Shown here: positions 1 to 11,929 of the stretch, one piece after another | How positions within the stretch are numbered: the first letter of the stretch is position 1 | Layout: each line of letters begins with the position of its first letter | Assembly: GCF_006345805.1 (NCBI RefSeq) | Contig: NC_042998.1 | Span: 86,056,001 to 86,120,000, forward strand | Source: Octopus sinensis | Lineage: Eukaryota | Reading direction: 5' to 3' | DNA: 64,000 bases | Program-made: the position numbers and the translations under genes | The notes under the pieces: model-generated | Told to the model about the DNA's origin: nothing | Seen by the model: only the letters and a program-made list of their open reading frames with translations | Database searches by the model: none

Positions 1-1084
1 AATAAATAATGAAAATGAAATAAAATAAATAAAAAACAAAACAGCATTGTTGATAAGGGCATTTTCATTTATCTTTATTTATAAAACTTGTAGTCACTCA
101 GTTGAAAATGGGATGAGACATAAAATGATAAAAAGTTCATTGGTTAATTGAGAATATAGGCCCATTTGAGAGCACACTGTCTGAGAGTGGTGGTAGACTA
201 AAGTAAACACAGAAGGTTTTGCACTTGGTGACTATAAATGAGATGGGGAGGAAAGAGAATTTTGTACAAAATTTAGTCATGTCGACTGAAAAGTGTCAGA
301 TATGAGAATTCTTGGACATTAGTATAGATTTTCTTGATAACAAATGAGAAATCTCAGGTGCAATTTCGAAAGTGGAATATCTTGCAGATTGTATGAAGTC
401 ACAAGTGAAAATCAAGTGTGAAGATTTCAGCTTTCCCTTGAATTGAGTTACAGTTTGAATAATTGCAGCAACAGCCTGAACCTTGCTAAAAGCATCTAAA
501 TATCCAGAAACTGGTTTAAAATCGAGCAGCATGTTATGTTTACTATTTCAAAAGTAGACTGTTTTTATCATGATACCAGTGATAGAGAGGTTGTTTTGAA
601 GGACTTGGAACATCATCTTTCAGAGGAAGGTTCTTCATTTTTGAGTAATGAAGCATCTAGGTGGTCTGCTTTATTGTAGAGATCATGTCTCTCTTGAGGT
701 GAATCACTATTGTAGGACGTATTAGGTTTACAGTATTTCCAGAGATATAGTGTAAAACAAAGTAAACTAGAAGTGGATTTGAAAATGAACCAATATTTCC
801 TCAAGGACCAATAAAATGAATCTTAACAAATAAAGTGTTGTATTAAAGAAAAGTGGTGTGAAAATGCAAAAGTATATTGGTATAGTGTATCAGATGAAGC
901 ATCAATAGCTCAGAGTTAGCTTAAATTATTAAAAAGGGAAAAGGCAGTGAATATGATTTGATTGGTTAGAAAGAAATGGAAAATAGTTGATCAAGAGAAA
1001 GAAGCATGACAAAGACTGTAAAAATGATAAGAAACACAAAGTAGATATAATTTAACTGTAGTTCTGTAGTTGCAGGGTGTTGGT

Positions 1085-1449
1085 GAATAAAGCGTTATAT
1101 ATCATTGCCAGACAGCTGACTGGCTTCCGTGCTGGTGGCATATGAAAAAACATTCGAGCGAGGTCGTTGCCTGTGCCACTGGACTGGCACCTGTGCAGGT
1201 GGCACATAAAAAACACCATTTGAGCGTGGCCGTTGCCAGTACTGCCTGACTGGCCCTCATGCCGGTGGCACGTAAAAGCACCCACTACACTCCTAGAGTG
1301 ATTGGCGTTAGGAAGGGCATCCAGCTGTAGAAACTCTGCCGGATCAGATTGGAGCCTGGTGCAGCCATCTGGTTCGCCAGTCCTCAGTCAAATCGTCCAA
1401 CCCATGCTAGCATGGAAAGCGGACATTAAATGATGATGATGATGATGAT
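1085..1449 (+). mobile_element. Abundant SINE-like element with RTE-related 3' end and (GAT)n tail
   Basis: Contains the family core ggaagggcatccagctgtagaaac...catgctagcatggaaagcggac followed by (tga)n. The same family recurs many times in the window, and the duplicate is at about 50420-50780. Confidence 0.85.
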
Positions 1450-2374
1450 ATATTCAGTATCTAAGCAGTGTGTAAGTTGCATTTATAGCTATACAGCCAT
1501 GAATTTTACCATCATACTTTCACTAAAGAGTTGTTTAGTTCAGCAGTTTATTGTTTTAAATGAATTATTAGATTCATGGCCTTCTATTTATTTTTTCCCT
1601 TTTTTTGAGATAAGCATTATGTAATACCTACTTTGAGTATCATTATGTATGATACTAGTTAAGGCAGTGAGCTGGCAGAATCATTACTAGACCTAACAAA
1701 ATGCTTGGCAGCATTTCTTCCAGCCTCCAGATTCAAATTCAGCTGAAGTTGACTTTGTCTTTCGTCCTTTTATTATTGATGAGATAATTACCAGTTGAGC
1801 ATTGGGGTTGATGTAATCGGTTAGCCACCTTTCCCCTAAAATTTCAGGGCTTGTGTATACAGTAGGAAGAATTATGTATGATACTGGTATATGCATTATT
1901 TCTTTGTGGCTTTTATTGAGAATTTTGATTATATTTACAGAGGAGTTTTCATTTGTTTTACCCTTACTAAAGTAATGTTTGACAATTGCAAAAAGTATGG
2001 TAGGAAGATGAATAAATTTAATGTTTTGTTGGAATATTTGAAAATGTGAGCCTGAGAAGATAAAAACAGGCAAAGAAGGGGTGCTTAAAGGAAGCATATC
2101 TGAGGAGGAAGGATTTCAAAATCTGTTTTGTTTGAAGTATAGAGTAAGTTAAGTTGGATGAGGTACTTTTAGCCAACTTGGTGAGAATCAGAGAGTGTGA
2201 TATTATTAACAATGATATAGAGAGAATATAACTTGATAATTGGGAGAAGAGTATTGTTGAATTAAGGTTTTGCTTATATTTTGCCTGTATCAGATATATG
2301 TACTATTATTTATGTATTTATAATAAAACATTAATTTCTTGAATAGGAACATAATTCTTTGTATTATTTTGTAG

Positions 2375-2407
2375 AACGGATTTGTTGAGTTTACTCCTGA
2401 GTTTACG
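2375..2407 (+). CDS. Cadherin module copy A, 33-nt microexon (NGFVEFTPEFT), part of EC1
   Basis: ttttgtag acceptor and ACG|gtaaga donor, phase 0/0. It fills the gap between ...IDREEVP and DGSVGN... in frame. A paralogous exon lies at 51704-51736. Confidence 0.8.
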
Positions 2408-2454
2408 GTAAGAATATATACTTCTAATACTTAACTTTTTAAGAGTGGCCTGTT

Positions 2455-2977
2455 GTCATCATCATCTTCATTGTCATCATCATCATAATCATCGTCACCA
2501 CCACCACCACCACCTTCCTCCTCCTCCTTCTCATCATCATCATCATCATTAACATCTGTTGACCATGCTGGCATTCATATGATGGTTTGACCAGTGCTGG
2601 TAAGCTGAGGTACTGCACTAGACTCAAGTCTGATTTGGCATGGTTTCTGTGACTGGATGCCCTTCCTAAAGCCAACCACTCTGAGAGTGTAATGGGTGCA
2701 TTTATGTGCCACCAGCATGGGTGCCAGTTGCATGACACCATATCTGTCATGACTAAGATTCCACAGGACTTGATGGTTCATCTTCTCAAGCATATTGCCA
2801 AAAGTCTTGGTCATTTGTCATTGCCTCCATGAGGCCCAACACTCAAAAGGTGCTTTTTACTTATCACATGCACAGGTGCCAGTTACGTGACATCAGCATC
2901 AAACACATGATTTCACTTGGCCTGATGGGTTTTCTCAAGCACAGCATATCACCAAATGTCTCGGTTATTAGCCATTG
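2455..2977 (-). mobile_element. SINE/RTE 3'-end fragment
   Basis: (cat)n, then the ggatgcccttccta core and the RTE-type 3' segment gtcattgcctccatgaggcccaac. Confidence 0.7.
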
Positions 2978-3024
2978 TCAGTAAGGTGAGAATTAACACC
3001 TTGTAGAGTTATATATATATATTT

Positions 3025-3360
3025 CATCATCATCATCATCATCGTTTAACGTCTGCTTTCCATGCTAGCATGGGTTGGACGATTTGACTGAGGTCTGGCG
3101 AACCAGATGGCTGCACCAGGCTCCAATCTGATCTGGCAGAGTTTCTACAGCTGGATGCCCTTCCTAATGCCAATCACTCCAAGAGTATAATGGGTGCTTT
3201 TACGTGCCACCGGCACGAGGACCAGTCAGGCAGTACTGGCAACGACCATGCTCAAATGGTGCTTTTTATGTGCCACCTGCACAGGAGCCAGTCCAGCGGC
3301 ACTGGCAATGACCTTGCTTGAATGTTTTTTCATGTGCCTCCAGCACAAGTGCCAGTAAGG
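3025..3360 (-). mobile_element. SINE-like element, inverted relative to 1085-1449
   Basis: Reverse complement of 1135-1445 at roughly 90% identity over about 310 bp. Confidence 0.85.
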
Positions 3361-3399
3361 CGATGCAGGTAACGATCATATATATATATATGTATATTA

Positions 3400-4535
3400 T
3401 ATCATCATCATCATCATTTTGCATCCATTTTCTATGCTGGCATGGGTTCGACAGTTTGGCATGTAGCTGGCCAGCTGGCAGCTGTCCAGACTCCAGTTGT
3501 CTGTTGCGGCATGGTTTCTATGGCTCGCCTTTCCTTATGCCAATCACTTAACAGAGTGTGCTGGATGTGCATTTTACATGTTACCAGCATAAGTGCATTT
3601 ACACAGCACCAGCACAGGTGCTTTTTTATGTGGCCCCTGGAGGTGTCTGAAGCTTCTATGTGTGGAAGACAGCATTTTACTTAACTTGACATGTCTTATC
3701 AAGAATAGCAAATTGCTACATCTCCTTTGTCATTGCCTCAGTGAGGCCCATCTTCCAAAGATCTTTTCTCACCACTTTGTCCCACGTATTCTTGGATCTA
3801 CCCCTCCCGCAGGTACCCTTCACAATTAGAGCTTAGCACTTCTTTACACACTTGTCCTCATCCATACACATCACTTGACCAAACCAGTGCAGTCTTCTCT
3901 CTTGCACACAGCATCCGATGCCTCTTATATCCAGTTTCCCTCTTGAATCATATACACTCTGTTGTGTATGCACATTGACATGACTCATCCAGTGGGGAAT
4001 GCTAGCTTCCTTTCTTTCAAGCTTTCAGAAGTCCTCTGTAGTCAAAGTACGTTTCACTGCCATGTAACATAGCTGTACATACACAGGCATCATACAATCT
4101 GCTTTTCACTCTGAGAGAGAGGCCCTTAGTTATCAACAAAGATAGAAGCTCTCTGAACTTTGCCCAGCCTATTCTTATTGTAGCAACTACACTTTCAGAA
4201 TTTTCTCCACCACTGCTAACTTGGTCTTTTAGGTAAAAGAAGTTATCTACTACTTGTAATGAGTCCCCCGAGTGTTTGAGGGAATCTGTTGCTTGTAGAT
4301 TATTAGCGCTTATTGTACCTGCACATTTGCCTCACACAAAGACTCTATTCTCCATTAACCTTCCTGTGATGCCACTTCACTTCTTATATGTCCAAAGCTT
4401 GCACTGGGTACAACACATGGAATTTATCCCAACACCCTTCTTACATAACAAGGAGAACCATCTCCCAGACGGGACTTGTGAATTATCTGTTGAGTCAAGT
4501 AAAACCAAAATTGTAGTTGTGGCCAGTGTCCTCTA
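3400..4535 (-). mobile_element. RTE-clade LINE 3' fragment with SINE-like tail, degenerate
   Basis: Homologous to the 3' part of the RTE at 32200-33100 (Cys-rich segment, DSFxYLGD, MLHGSETW region). The duplicate is at about 55420-56555. Confidence 0.75.
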
Positions 4536-4539
4536 ACTG

Positions 4540-5120
4540 GTTCCGGTGCCAGAGGCAAATAAAATGCACCATCCAAACTTGGATCCGAACATAATCAAAG
4601 CCAGCAACACCTGACTGGTCCCTGTGCCGGTGTCACGTAAAAAGCACCATCAGAATGTGGCTGATGCCAGTACCCTCTGACTGGCTCCCTTGCCAGTCAC
4701 ACGTAAAAAGTACCATCCAAATATGGCTGATGCCAGTACCCCTGACTTGCTCCTTTGGCGGTGGCATGTAAAAAGCACTATCCTAATGTGATCAATGCCA
4801 GGACTGCCTGACTGGCCCCCATGTTGGTGGCACCTGAAAAGCACCATCCGAACGTGGCCAATGCCAGTACCCCATGACTGGCCCCATGCTGGTGGTACAT
4901 AAAAAGCACTATCCAAACATGATCAATGCCTGGCCTGCTTGACTAGCTCCTGTGTTGGTGGCATGTAAAAAGCACTCTCAGAGTGGTTGGTATTAGGAAG
5001 CGCATCCAGCTATAGAAACATTGTTAGATCAGATTGGAGCCTGGTGCTGGCTCTCTGGACCTCAGTCAAACCATCCAACCTATGCCAGCATGGAAAATGG
5101 ACTTTAAACGATGATGATGA
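4540..5120 (+). mobile_element. SINE-like element with internal degenerate tandem units of about 60 bp
   Basis: Repeated ...gtaaaaagcaccatcc...gccagtaccc units, then the family core and a (gat)n tail. The duplicate is at about 56560-57150. Confidence 0.75.
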
Positions 5121-5940
5121 TCTGTTATTCTCACTGCTGCTGTTGCTTTTGTTCAATGTCCTTTGTTTACATCTTCCTGGAAAACTTTCTTTAAAATCTT
5201 ATAACCAGCTTTGTTAGTAAAGTTTTGGATTTTGAAAAAAAATTTTGTTCTGCTCTTGCTTTTTGAAGTTAGTTTTACTAAAACATTTTCCAGATTGATA
5301 TTTGAGCACTATTTCTTAAACTTAAATGTAACATTGAAAAGTAGAGGTGGGGCATTGCCCTCCATTGCCCCTTTCTTTCCAGTGCCACCTTGGATCTTTC
5401 CACCCCACCGAGAGGAGTGGTATTGCCCATTTTGGAAACTACTGGTTTAACCAATACATTAAACAAATGATCATTAGTTTGATAGATAGATATTTAAATA
5501 ATTGACTAAGTATAAAGAAGTGGAATTGAACCTGAATGTGTGTTGTTCTTATCGGCAGATTGACTCTCCCAAGATAGAACTAAATATATTGAGAAGTAAT
5601 GTTTGTCACCACTTCAATATAGCTGTTCTGTATGAACTGACATTACTACCATTCTTTAACCCCCAAGAGGAAGTCTCCTCTAGTAATCTGCACCTAATAT
5701 AATTTGCAAGCAAAGGTGTGAACCTCTACCATCTTTATGTGACTTGACAGAACCAGCAGACTGTCTGGTTTTGGGCTACTTTTGCCTATCCTCAGTGCTG
5801 GATACCTGTCTGCTAGTGACAGCAGTAATTCCCCCCAGTTCGCAACATATAGAAAAATAAGCGACAATCAGTCACTGATCTTGCAACAAGCAAAGTAACT
5901 AGTTAGAAAATCTTTGCAAGAGATGAAATGAGTAATTATA

Positions 5941-6076
5941 CTGAGAAGTAATGTTTGTTGCCACTGCAACATGGCTGTTCCAAATGAACTGGTGTTACTA
6001 CCATTTTTAACCCCAAGAGGAAGCCCCCTTTGTGTAGAACAGCCATCTTGAAGTGGCAATAAACATTACTTCTCAG
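5941..6076. mobile_element. Tc1/mariner-type MITE, 136 bp
   Basis: Terminal inverted repeats ctgagaagtaatgtttgttgccac / gtggcaataaacattacttctcag (1 mismatch), flanked by TA. A truncated relative lies at about 5550-5690 and the duplicate at 57974-58109. Confidence 0.7.
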
Positions 6077-6389
6077 TATAGTCACTACTTTCATCTCTTA
6101 CAGAGATTTCCCAACTAGCTATTTTGCTTGTGAAAAATATATATTGTTATTCAAAATTAATTTGACTTATCCTTTATATTATTAACAGCAGTGATAAAAT
6201 AAGTTCCGATAATGTAATTTATAATGAGTTCATACAAATGATTGCAAAACTGTTGAATTATCATATGCATGCTTTTTTGTGATGTAAAAATACTTATATT
6301 GAAGAGAAGCTTACACATCAACAAGATCAAATTCATGTTCTTGAAATTGTATGGAATTATAACATTTGATATCTGTTTTTTAAATTCAG

Positions 6390-6488
6390 GATGGCTCAGT
6401 AGGTAATATATGTTTCTTAATAATTCTTGATGAAAATGATAATGTTCCAGTTTTCGGAAGTCAACGATATAAAGCAACAATACCAGAG
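6390..6488 (+). CDS. Cadherin module copy A exon, EC1/EC2 linker (DGSVGNICFLIILDENDNVPVFGSQRYKATIPE)
   Basis: taaattcag acceptor, GAG|gtaaga donor, 99 nt, phase 0/0. Contains the DxNDNxPxF calcium-binding linker and the xPE motif. Confidence 0.93.
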
Positions 6489-7020
6489 GTAAGAATTTGA
6501 CATTTTCTTTCAAAAGATTCTCTCTCATTCTCCCTCTCTCTTGTTAATGCTTCATGGAAGTGAAGTATTGAACATGACTGCAGAAGGCATAAGAATACTT
6601 GAAAGAAATGAGATGCGCATGCATGCTCTACTGGATGTGTCAGATTAATGTACATGTATGACAAAGTGCAAATGTGCTGAGAGAAAAATTGGGCAAAAGA
6701 GGTACCAGATGTGGTGTACAAAAGAGAAGACTGCTGATATGGTCTTGTGATGGGTATGGATGAGCACAGCTGCATAAAGAAGTACAGACTGTTGAATGTG
6801 GATGGAACTTATGAAAGAAGACGATTCAGGAAAACATGAAATGAAGTAGTGAAGACCAGTGTCAGGTTGTTGAACCTTGCATAAAAGACTGAGCTGATTA
6901 GAGATTCAGTGTGCTCAAGAAGCCTCATCAATCTCATAAAAAAATGAGGTCAAACAGTCAAACTGTCTAACCCATGCTAGCATGGAAAGTGGACATTAAA
7001 TGATGATGATGATGGTGATG

Positions 7021-7053
<33 letters not shown>

Positions 7054-7934
7054 GCATCAGGTAACCATCTGAGTAAGGATTATGTTGAAATCATAAGATG
7101 CAGCATGGTAGATGTGAACTATTTTGGTAGATGAACTTATTGAATCAATGATGAATATCACTGGATGGCGAGCAGAGGAACGCCCAACAAACTGACAGCC
7201 AGAATCAGTTTCCTTAGATTTTATTCTAAATACAGATTCTGCTTTGTTGACTGCTTCAGTGCACAGTCTGAATTGTTGATATGCCTACATTTAATGTTCC
7301 TTTTTAATTTTGGACATCAACTAGACAATGGCAGCCTTTAATGAAGCTACATTATTATGAAGATGGATATTAGTGTCTCTTTCATCATCATTATCATCAT
7401 CATCATGATCATCATCATCTTTCAGTGTCTGATTCCATACTGGCATGGATCGGATGATTTGACAAGAGTTGGCCTTGGCTCCATTTGTCTGTTCTGGCAT
7501 GATTTCTATTTAGCCACTTTTATATGCTTCTATATGGCACCAGCACATAGGACTGGCACAGGCACTTCTACATACCACTGGCACAAGTGCTTTTATATGA
7601 CACTGGCAATGGTGCTTTTACATAACATTGGCATGGACACTTTTACATGGCACCACCAAAGGTACTTTTATGCGAAACTAGCACCCACAAGTCTGCAAGA
7701 CTAGGATTTCTTGGCTGAGAGAGAGATGCAGAAGATATGCCTATAGGCATGGACGGCCTTAGTTTTACTTAGCTTAGCATGTTTTCTCAAGCTGGCCACC
7801 TGTCATCTCCTCTTTGAGGCCCAACATCTGAAGATTCTTTCTCACCACTTCATCCATGTCTTCTTGGATCTGCCCCTTCCACATGTTCCCTCCATAATTA
7901 GAGATCTTCACTTCTTGATGCAGCTTTCCTCATC

Positions 7935-8915
7935 CATTGCTCCAAATGTAGTGATCCATGAGATTTAAATCTGGCAAGTTTGGAGGCCACAAGTTTGGTG
8001 TTACATGATTGTAACGATTGACTGACATTCATTCTTGGGTTATATGAATTTGAAAGAAAGTGCTGAGTCTATTGAAGTACATGTGGCTTTCTATTGCATA
8101 CTTAATCCACCTAGGACTTAACAGATCTATCTCCAGCAGCTCAATGTATACTATAGTATTAACTCTAAAATCCTGTCAAAAGATGTGAGGTGGAATGACA
8201 TGGCATTCACCACTAAGCATTCCTAAATTCATCGCAATTGCTGGAAACTTGGTGTGCATCATTCAATGAAAACAGAAGGATCTGCACTTAACCATCAGGA
8301 ATTGGAATTTTTCCTGTTAGACTTTTGGCTGTGGATGAAGATTTTTTCATCAGAGAAGAATCAAAGCATGCCATATTTGTAAGGGTTTTAACCTTGTTAA
8401 GTAACCACTTGGCAAGGATCAAAGGATTTTTCTGTGTCTTTGCAGACATCAATTGGCCTCTCCTCAGTACTTGTATCGAATGTCCTCATGCACCAGTTTT
8501 GATAGTCTGTTCTGACACCTAAAGTTTTTTGGCAATAGCCCTCATAGATTTTGTGGAATCATCATCAATAATGTTTTGAACCCATTGGATGAATTGCAGT
8601 GTCGTTATAGTGTAAAAATGTTTAGAATGCTTTTTTCTCTTTGATACGTTTGAAACATCCCTGCCAGAGTCTTCCATTTCTATTTGAACTTTACGTGCAA
8701 AGATCTTGCAACATGTAGAAAGCTGGTAATTTCTACATTGATGCATTCCACATATATCGCAGCAATAACTGCATATCTTTTCATTTTTTGTGTCAGCACT
8801 TTATCTACCATGGATAATAGGAAAGAAATAAAATTCTTTTAATTGATTAAGAGAATAATAAACTGATAATTATTTAGTGTCCTGAAATACTTCTCACACC
8901 CATTGTATATTAGAT
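7935..8915 (-). mobile_element. Degenerate DD37D/maT-like (Tc1/mariner superfamily) transposon
   Basis: The minus strand encodes WPPNLPDLN-like and IIDDDSTKSMRAIAKKL segments, with stops and frameshifts. The duplicate is at about 60685-61640. Confidence 0.65.
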
Positions 8916-8989
8916 TGGTAAGGAAGCTCTGTTGCATTTCAAGATAGAAAAGTAAATAATTATTTGGTTTTAATTGATATTTTTTTCAA

Positions 8990-9870
8990 GATAGTATATT
9001 CTCTCATTCTTGATAACATAATTCCAATCATTTGGGTGAAAACTTTTCAAGTTTCATTTTTAAGCTGATCACAATTGTTAGATATTTATAGATTGTTTTC
9101 ACTCTAATAAATGTTGCAATGGTCTGAAAAGATAATAGAGGAACAAAATCGGTAGAGTAAGGATGGTGAGGTAAACTTCCATATTTAAGGCAGTAATCCT
9201 TTCATGAATGACTTCAGTAGGATATGATTTTGTGTTATTATGTTGGAGCAACACCTCTGTACATTTGATTAATGAGGAATACCTTTGCTGCAATTTTTTT
9301 GTGTGCAATGCTTCCACCTGATAACAGTATTCCTCTGCATTTTACTTTAACACTTAATAGTATAAAACATCCTTTATACCCAACCAAACAGAGCACATTT
9401 TTAGCTGTTGTAAATGTTTGAGGATGGATTCTCTTTTTTCATTTTTGTTAAATATAATTATAGAAAACCAACTTTTCACCACCTGTGATGATTCTATCCA
9501 GGAAAGGTTTTGTAGGTAGTCTACTCTTCAATAATGAGCAGAAAACAACTTTATGATTAAGCTGATAAGCAGTCAAGTGATGAGGCACCCATTAACCAAA
9601 TTTAGATACTTTTCCTAGTTCATGCAAGTGTTTTGTGATCAAAATGTGACTTCACTTGAACTGTTTTGTCAATTTTCATGTAGTTTCCCTTGGGTTTTCT
9701 CAACTATGGTTTCCAGAAGCTCAATATTGACAGAACATGGTCATGCAGATCAAGGAAATATGTGAAAGAAATATTTCCTGAGTAAAACTGGCCAAACCAT
9801 CATTGGAATGTCCAGACACTTCAAGCTTTGTTTTCACAGACAGAATGAATATTTCTTGTTTCCATTGCTT
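8990..9870 (-). mobile_element. Degenerate mariner transposase remnant
   Basis: Minus-strand LLQHNNTKSY (for QHDNARPH) and, in the duplicate at 61837-62052, EVLPHHPYSTDFVPS (for HPPYSPDLAPS). Confidence 0.7.
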
Positions 9871-10251
9871 CTTTTGAATTCATACAATATGCAGTGTCTG
9901 TTAGGGGTCTGATCTAAACTAATTTTAAAAGGTAAAATAAATCATACAAATTTAACCATTATATTATAAAGTAATCTGTGAAGAATAAAGCATTAAAGTG
10001 TAAAACTTAATGTTTATTTGACAATAAGTATTGAAAAAGTACCCTGAAGTGATTGTGTTAAAAATGTTACAGGACCTTCTTTCTGACCTAATGTTTATAC
10101 ATGTATTGCTTTCATAGCAAAGACATTTGTGGTAGGGGGGAATTGTTTTCTGAAATGTGTCATCTTTATCATAGAATGAATTAATATGAAAACTAGTGAA
10201 AAAAAATATTTGCTGAATTATATTTTCTTAATATTTTGCTTTTTTTTGCAG

Positions 10252-10338
10252 GATTTTCCAGTAAACACTAAAATACCAAATTTGCAGATAACAGCTACTG
10301 ATGCTGATGAAAATCCCAATCTAGAATATTCTTTGATA
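10252..10338 (+). CDS. Cadherin module copy A exon, EC2 (DFPVNTKIPNLQITATDADENPNLEYSLI)
   Basis: tttttttgcag acceptor, ATA|gtaagg donor, 87 nt, phase 0/0. Contains the AxDxD and Y-S-L cadherin motifs. Confidence 0.93.
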
Positions 10339-11830
10339 GTAAGGATACTGGTTTATTTTTTGCTTTATACTCACAAGTCATTCAATGTATTTTAACATGA
10401 AAGTAACTAAATTAAACCAACCTGTACTTTAGGAAGTTTCACTTTCCCAAGATGATTCTTAATACAATTTACTGAGACCAAATTCATAGGTTACTGCTTT
10501 GATACACAGCCTTCATAACTGATGTAATCATAAGAATTGCTTCATGCTTGTGTTTCGTCTAAGTTGGTCTCAATGGTTTAAGTCTACTTAACAGTAGATA
10601 GTTACCATGGACATGGGGACATGGGTTGCATTGTTTACTGGTGTAAACTGATGATTTTGTTTGTTGTCTGCAGTTCTGAGTTAATTTCCTCTGGTTAGCA
10701 GGCAATTTTAAATACAGTGGGACTTAATCCTAAAAGAGATTTAGCTTTTACCTACATAATGTTATAGAAACAACAATGGAACATTTGCTCTGTGGAGTCT
10801 TGAACTACGAAAATGAAGATGAATAATTTGCTCAGCCAAATTTTGATACACCTATCTCTGTCCCTCTATACTTTTAATCAGTCAAATGGCACAAAGCTGC
10901 ACCCAGTCAATACTATTTCTCCCAGCATGGAAAACAGACTTTGAATAATGATGATGATGATGGTATCTATGTATATGGTTCATATATGTATGTGTGTGTC
11001 TACACACACATATAATTGTCTGTAAAGTCACAAGAGGGACTGAAGGATGACAAGTTTAGTGCATGTCATATATCAGATTAACCAAAATCATGAATCCACT
11101 CTTTATATTGGAATGATTGATCAAAAATTGTTTTAAGCTGGACATTTAGACACATGCACACACTTCTATCATTTTTCTTGCCATTCCATATACCTCACTA
11201 ATTTCTTCTCTTACTAAAGCAGAAAAATAATTTCCTTCCTTGTACAGTGTTACTTTTTCTTTTTCCATTTTTTTTTCATTTCATCTCTCATTTCTCTATT
11301 AACACCATTTCACACCAATACCCTTACACACACTATTCACATTCCTCCTACCTTCTTTCCACCCTCACACTTGCACCCACTGCTACCTCCTCACTTCTAT
11401 ATTTTACTTGCTCACAATATAATTACTCATGTACACCAACCATCCGCATATCTCCGCTATCCCATGCCATTACATCCAACACTTATATTTTGCCAATATA
11501 AGAAATTATTATTAGTATAATTTTTTGATGATAACTAGATTTTGGGTTACTTGTCAAATGTCTGGTAATAACATGTTACAAAAGCTGTCATGAAGGTTTC
11601 TCAAAGTTTTTTTCAATTTTATTTAGGCCTTAAGTTAAAAACAGATTTAGTTTTGTCTTATTAAATAAGATGTTGCAGCAAATAATATTCATAACTGTCT
11701 GAAAACCAACTCTTTTAATGCACACCTCTGAGTTTCATTGTCTTAAAATATCTTCTCATCTTAAAAAATATCTTTTGTATTATTCCTGTTATTCACTATT
11801 CTTATAAATGTTTATTTGTTTCAATTTCAG

Positions 11831-11842
11831 CCTGCTGGCCAG
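11831..11842 (+). CDS. Putative 12-nt microexon (PAGQ) in EC2 of copy A
   Basis: Pyrimidine-rich tttatttgtttcaatttcag acceptor and a perfect CAG|gtgagt donor, phase 0/0. It lies in order between ...YSLI and NSKGIED.... The frame is also kept if it is skipped, so it is not strictly required. Confidence 0.6.
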
Positions 11843-11929
11843 GTGAGTTTAACTTTGATTTGATATTTATTCTAATGTCTTCCATGATGGTATCCATAAT
11901 GGTATCAAATATGCTCTTAGAATCTACTT

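Larger units (their letters stand above)
1..11237 (+). repeat. Tandem segmental duplication, visible part of copy A
   Basis: Colinear and about 98% identical by eye to 49334-64000, including unique intronic sequence and nested repeats. Confidence 0.97.

Noticed and set aside
1693-2097. 134-aa minus-strand ORF preserved in both copies
   Set aside because: It has no recognisable domain, and its preservation is expected at about 98% copy identity. Probably an old repeat.
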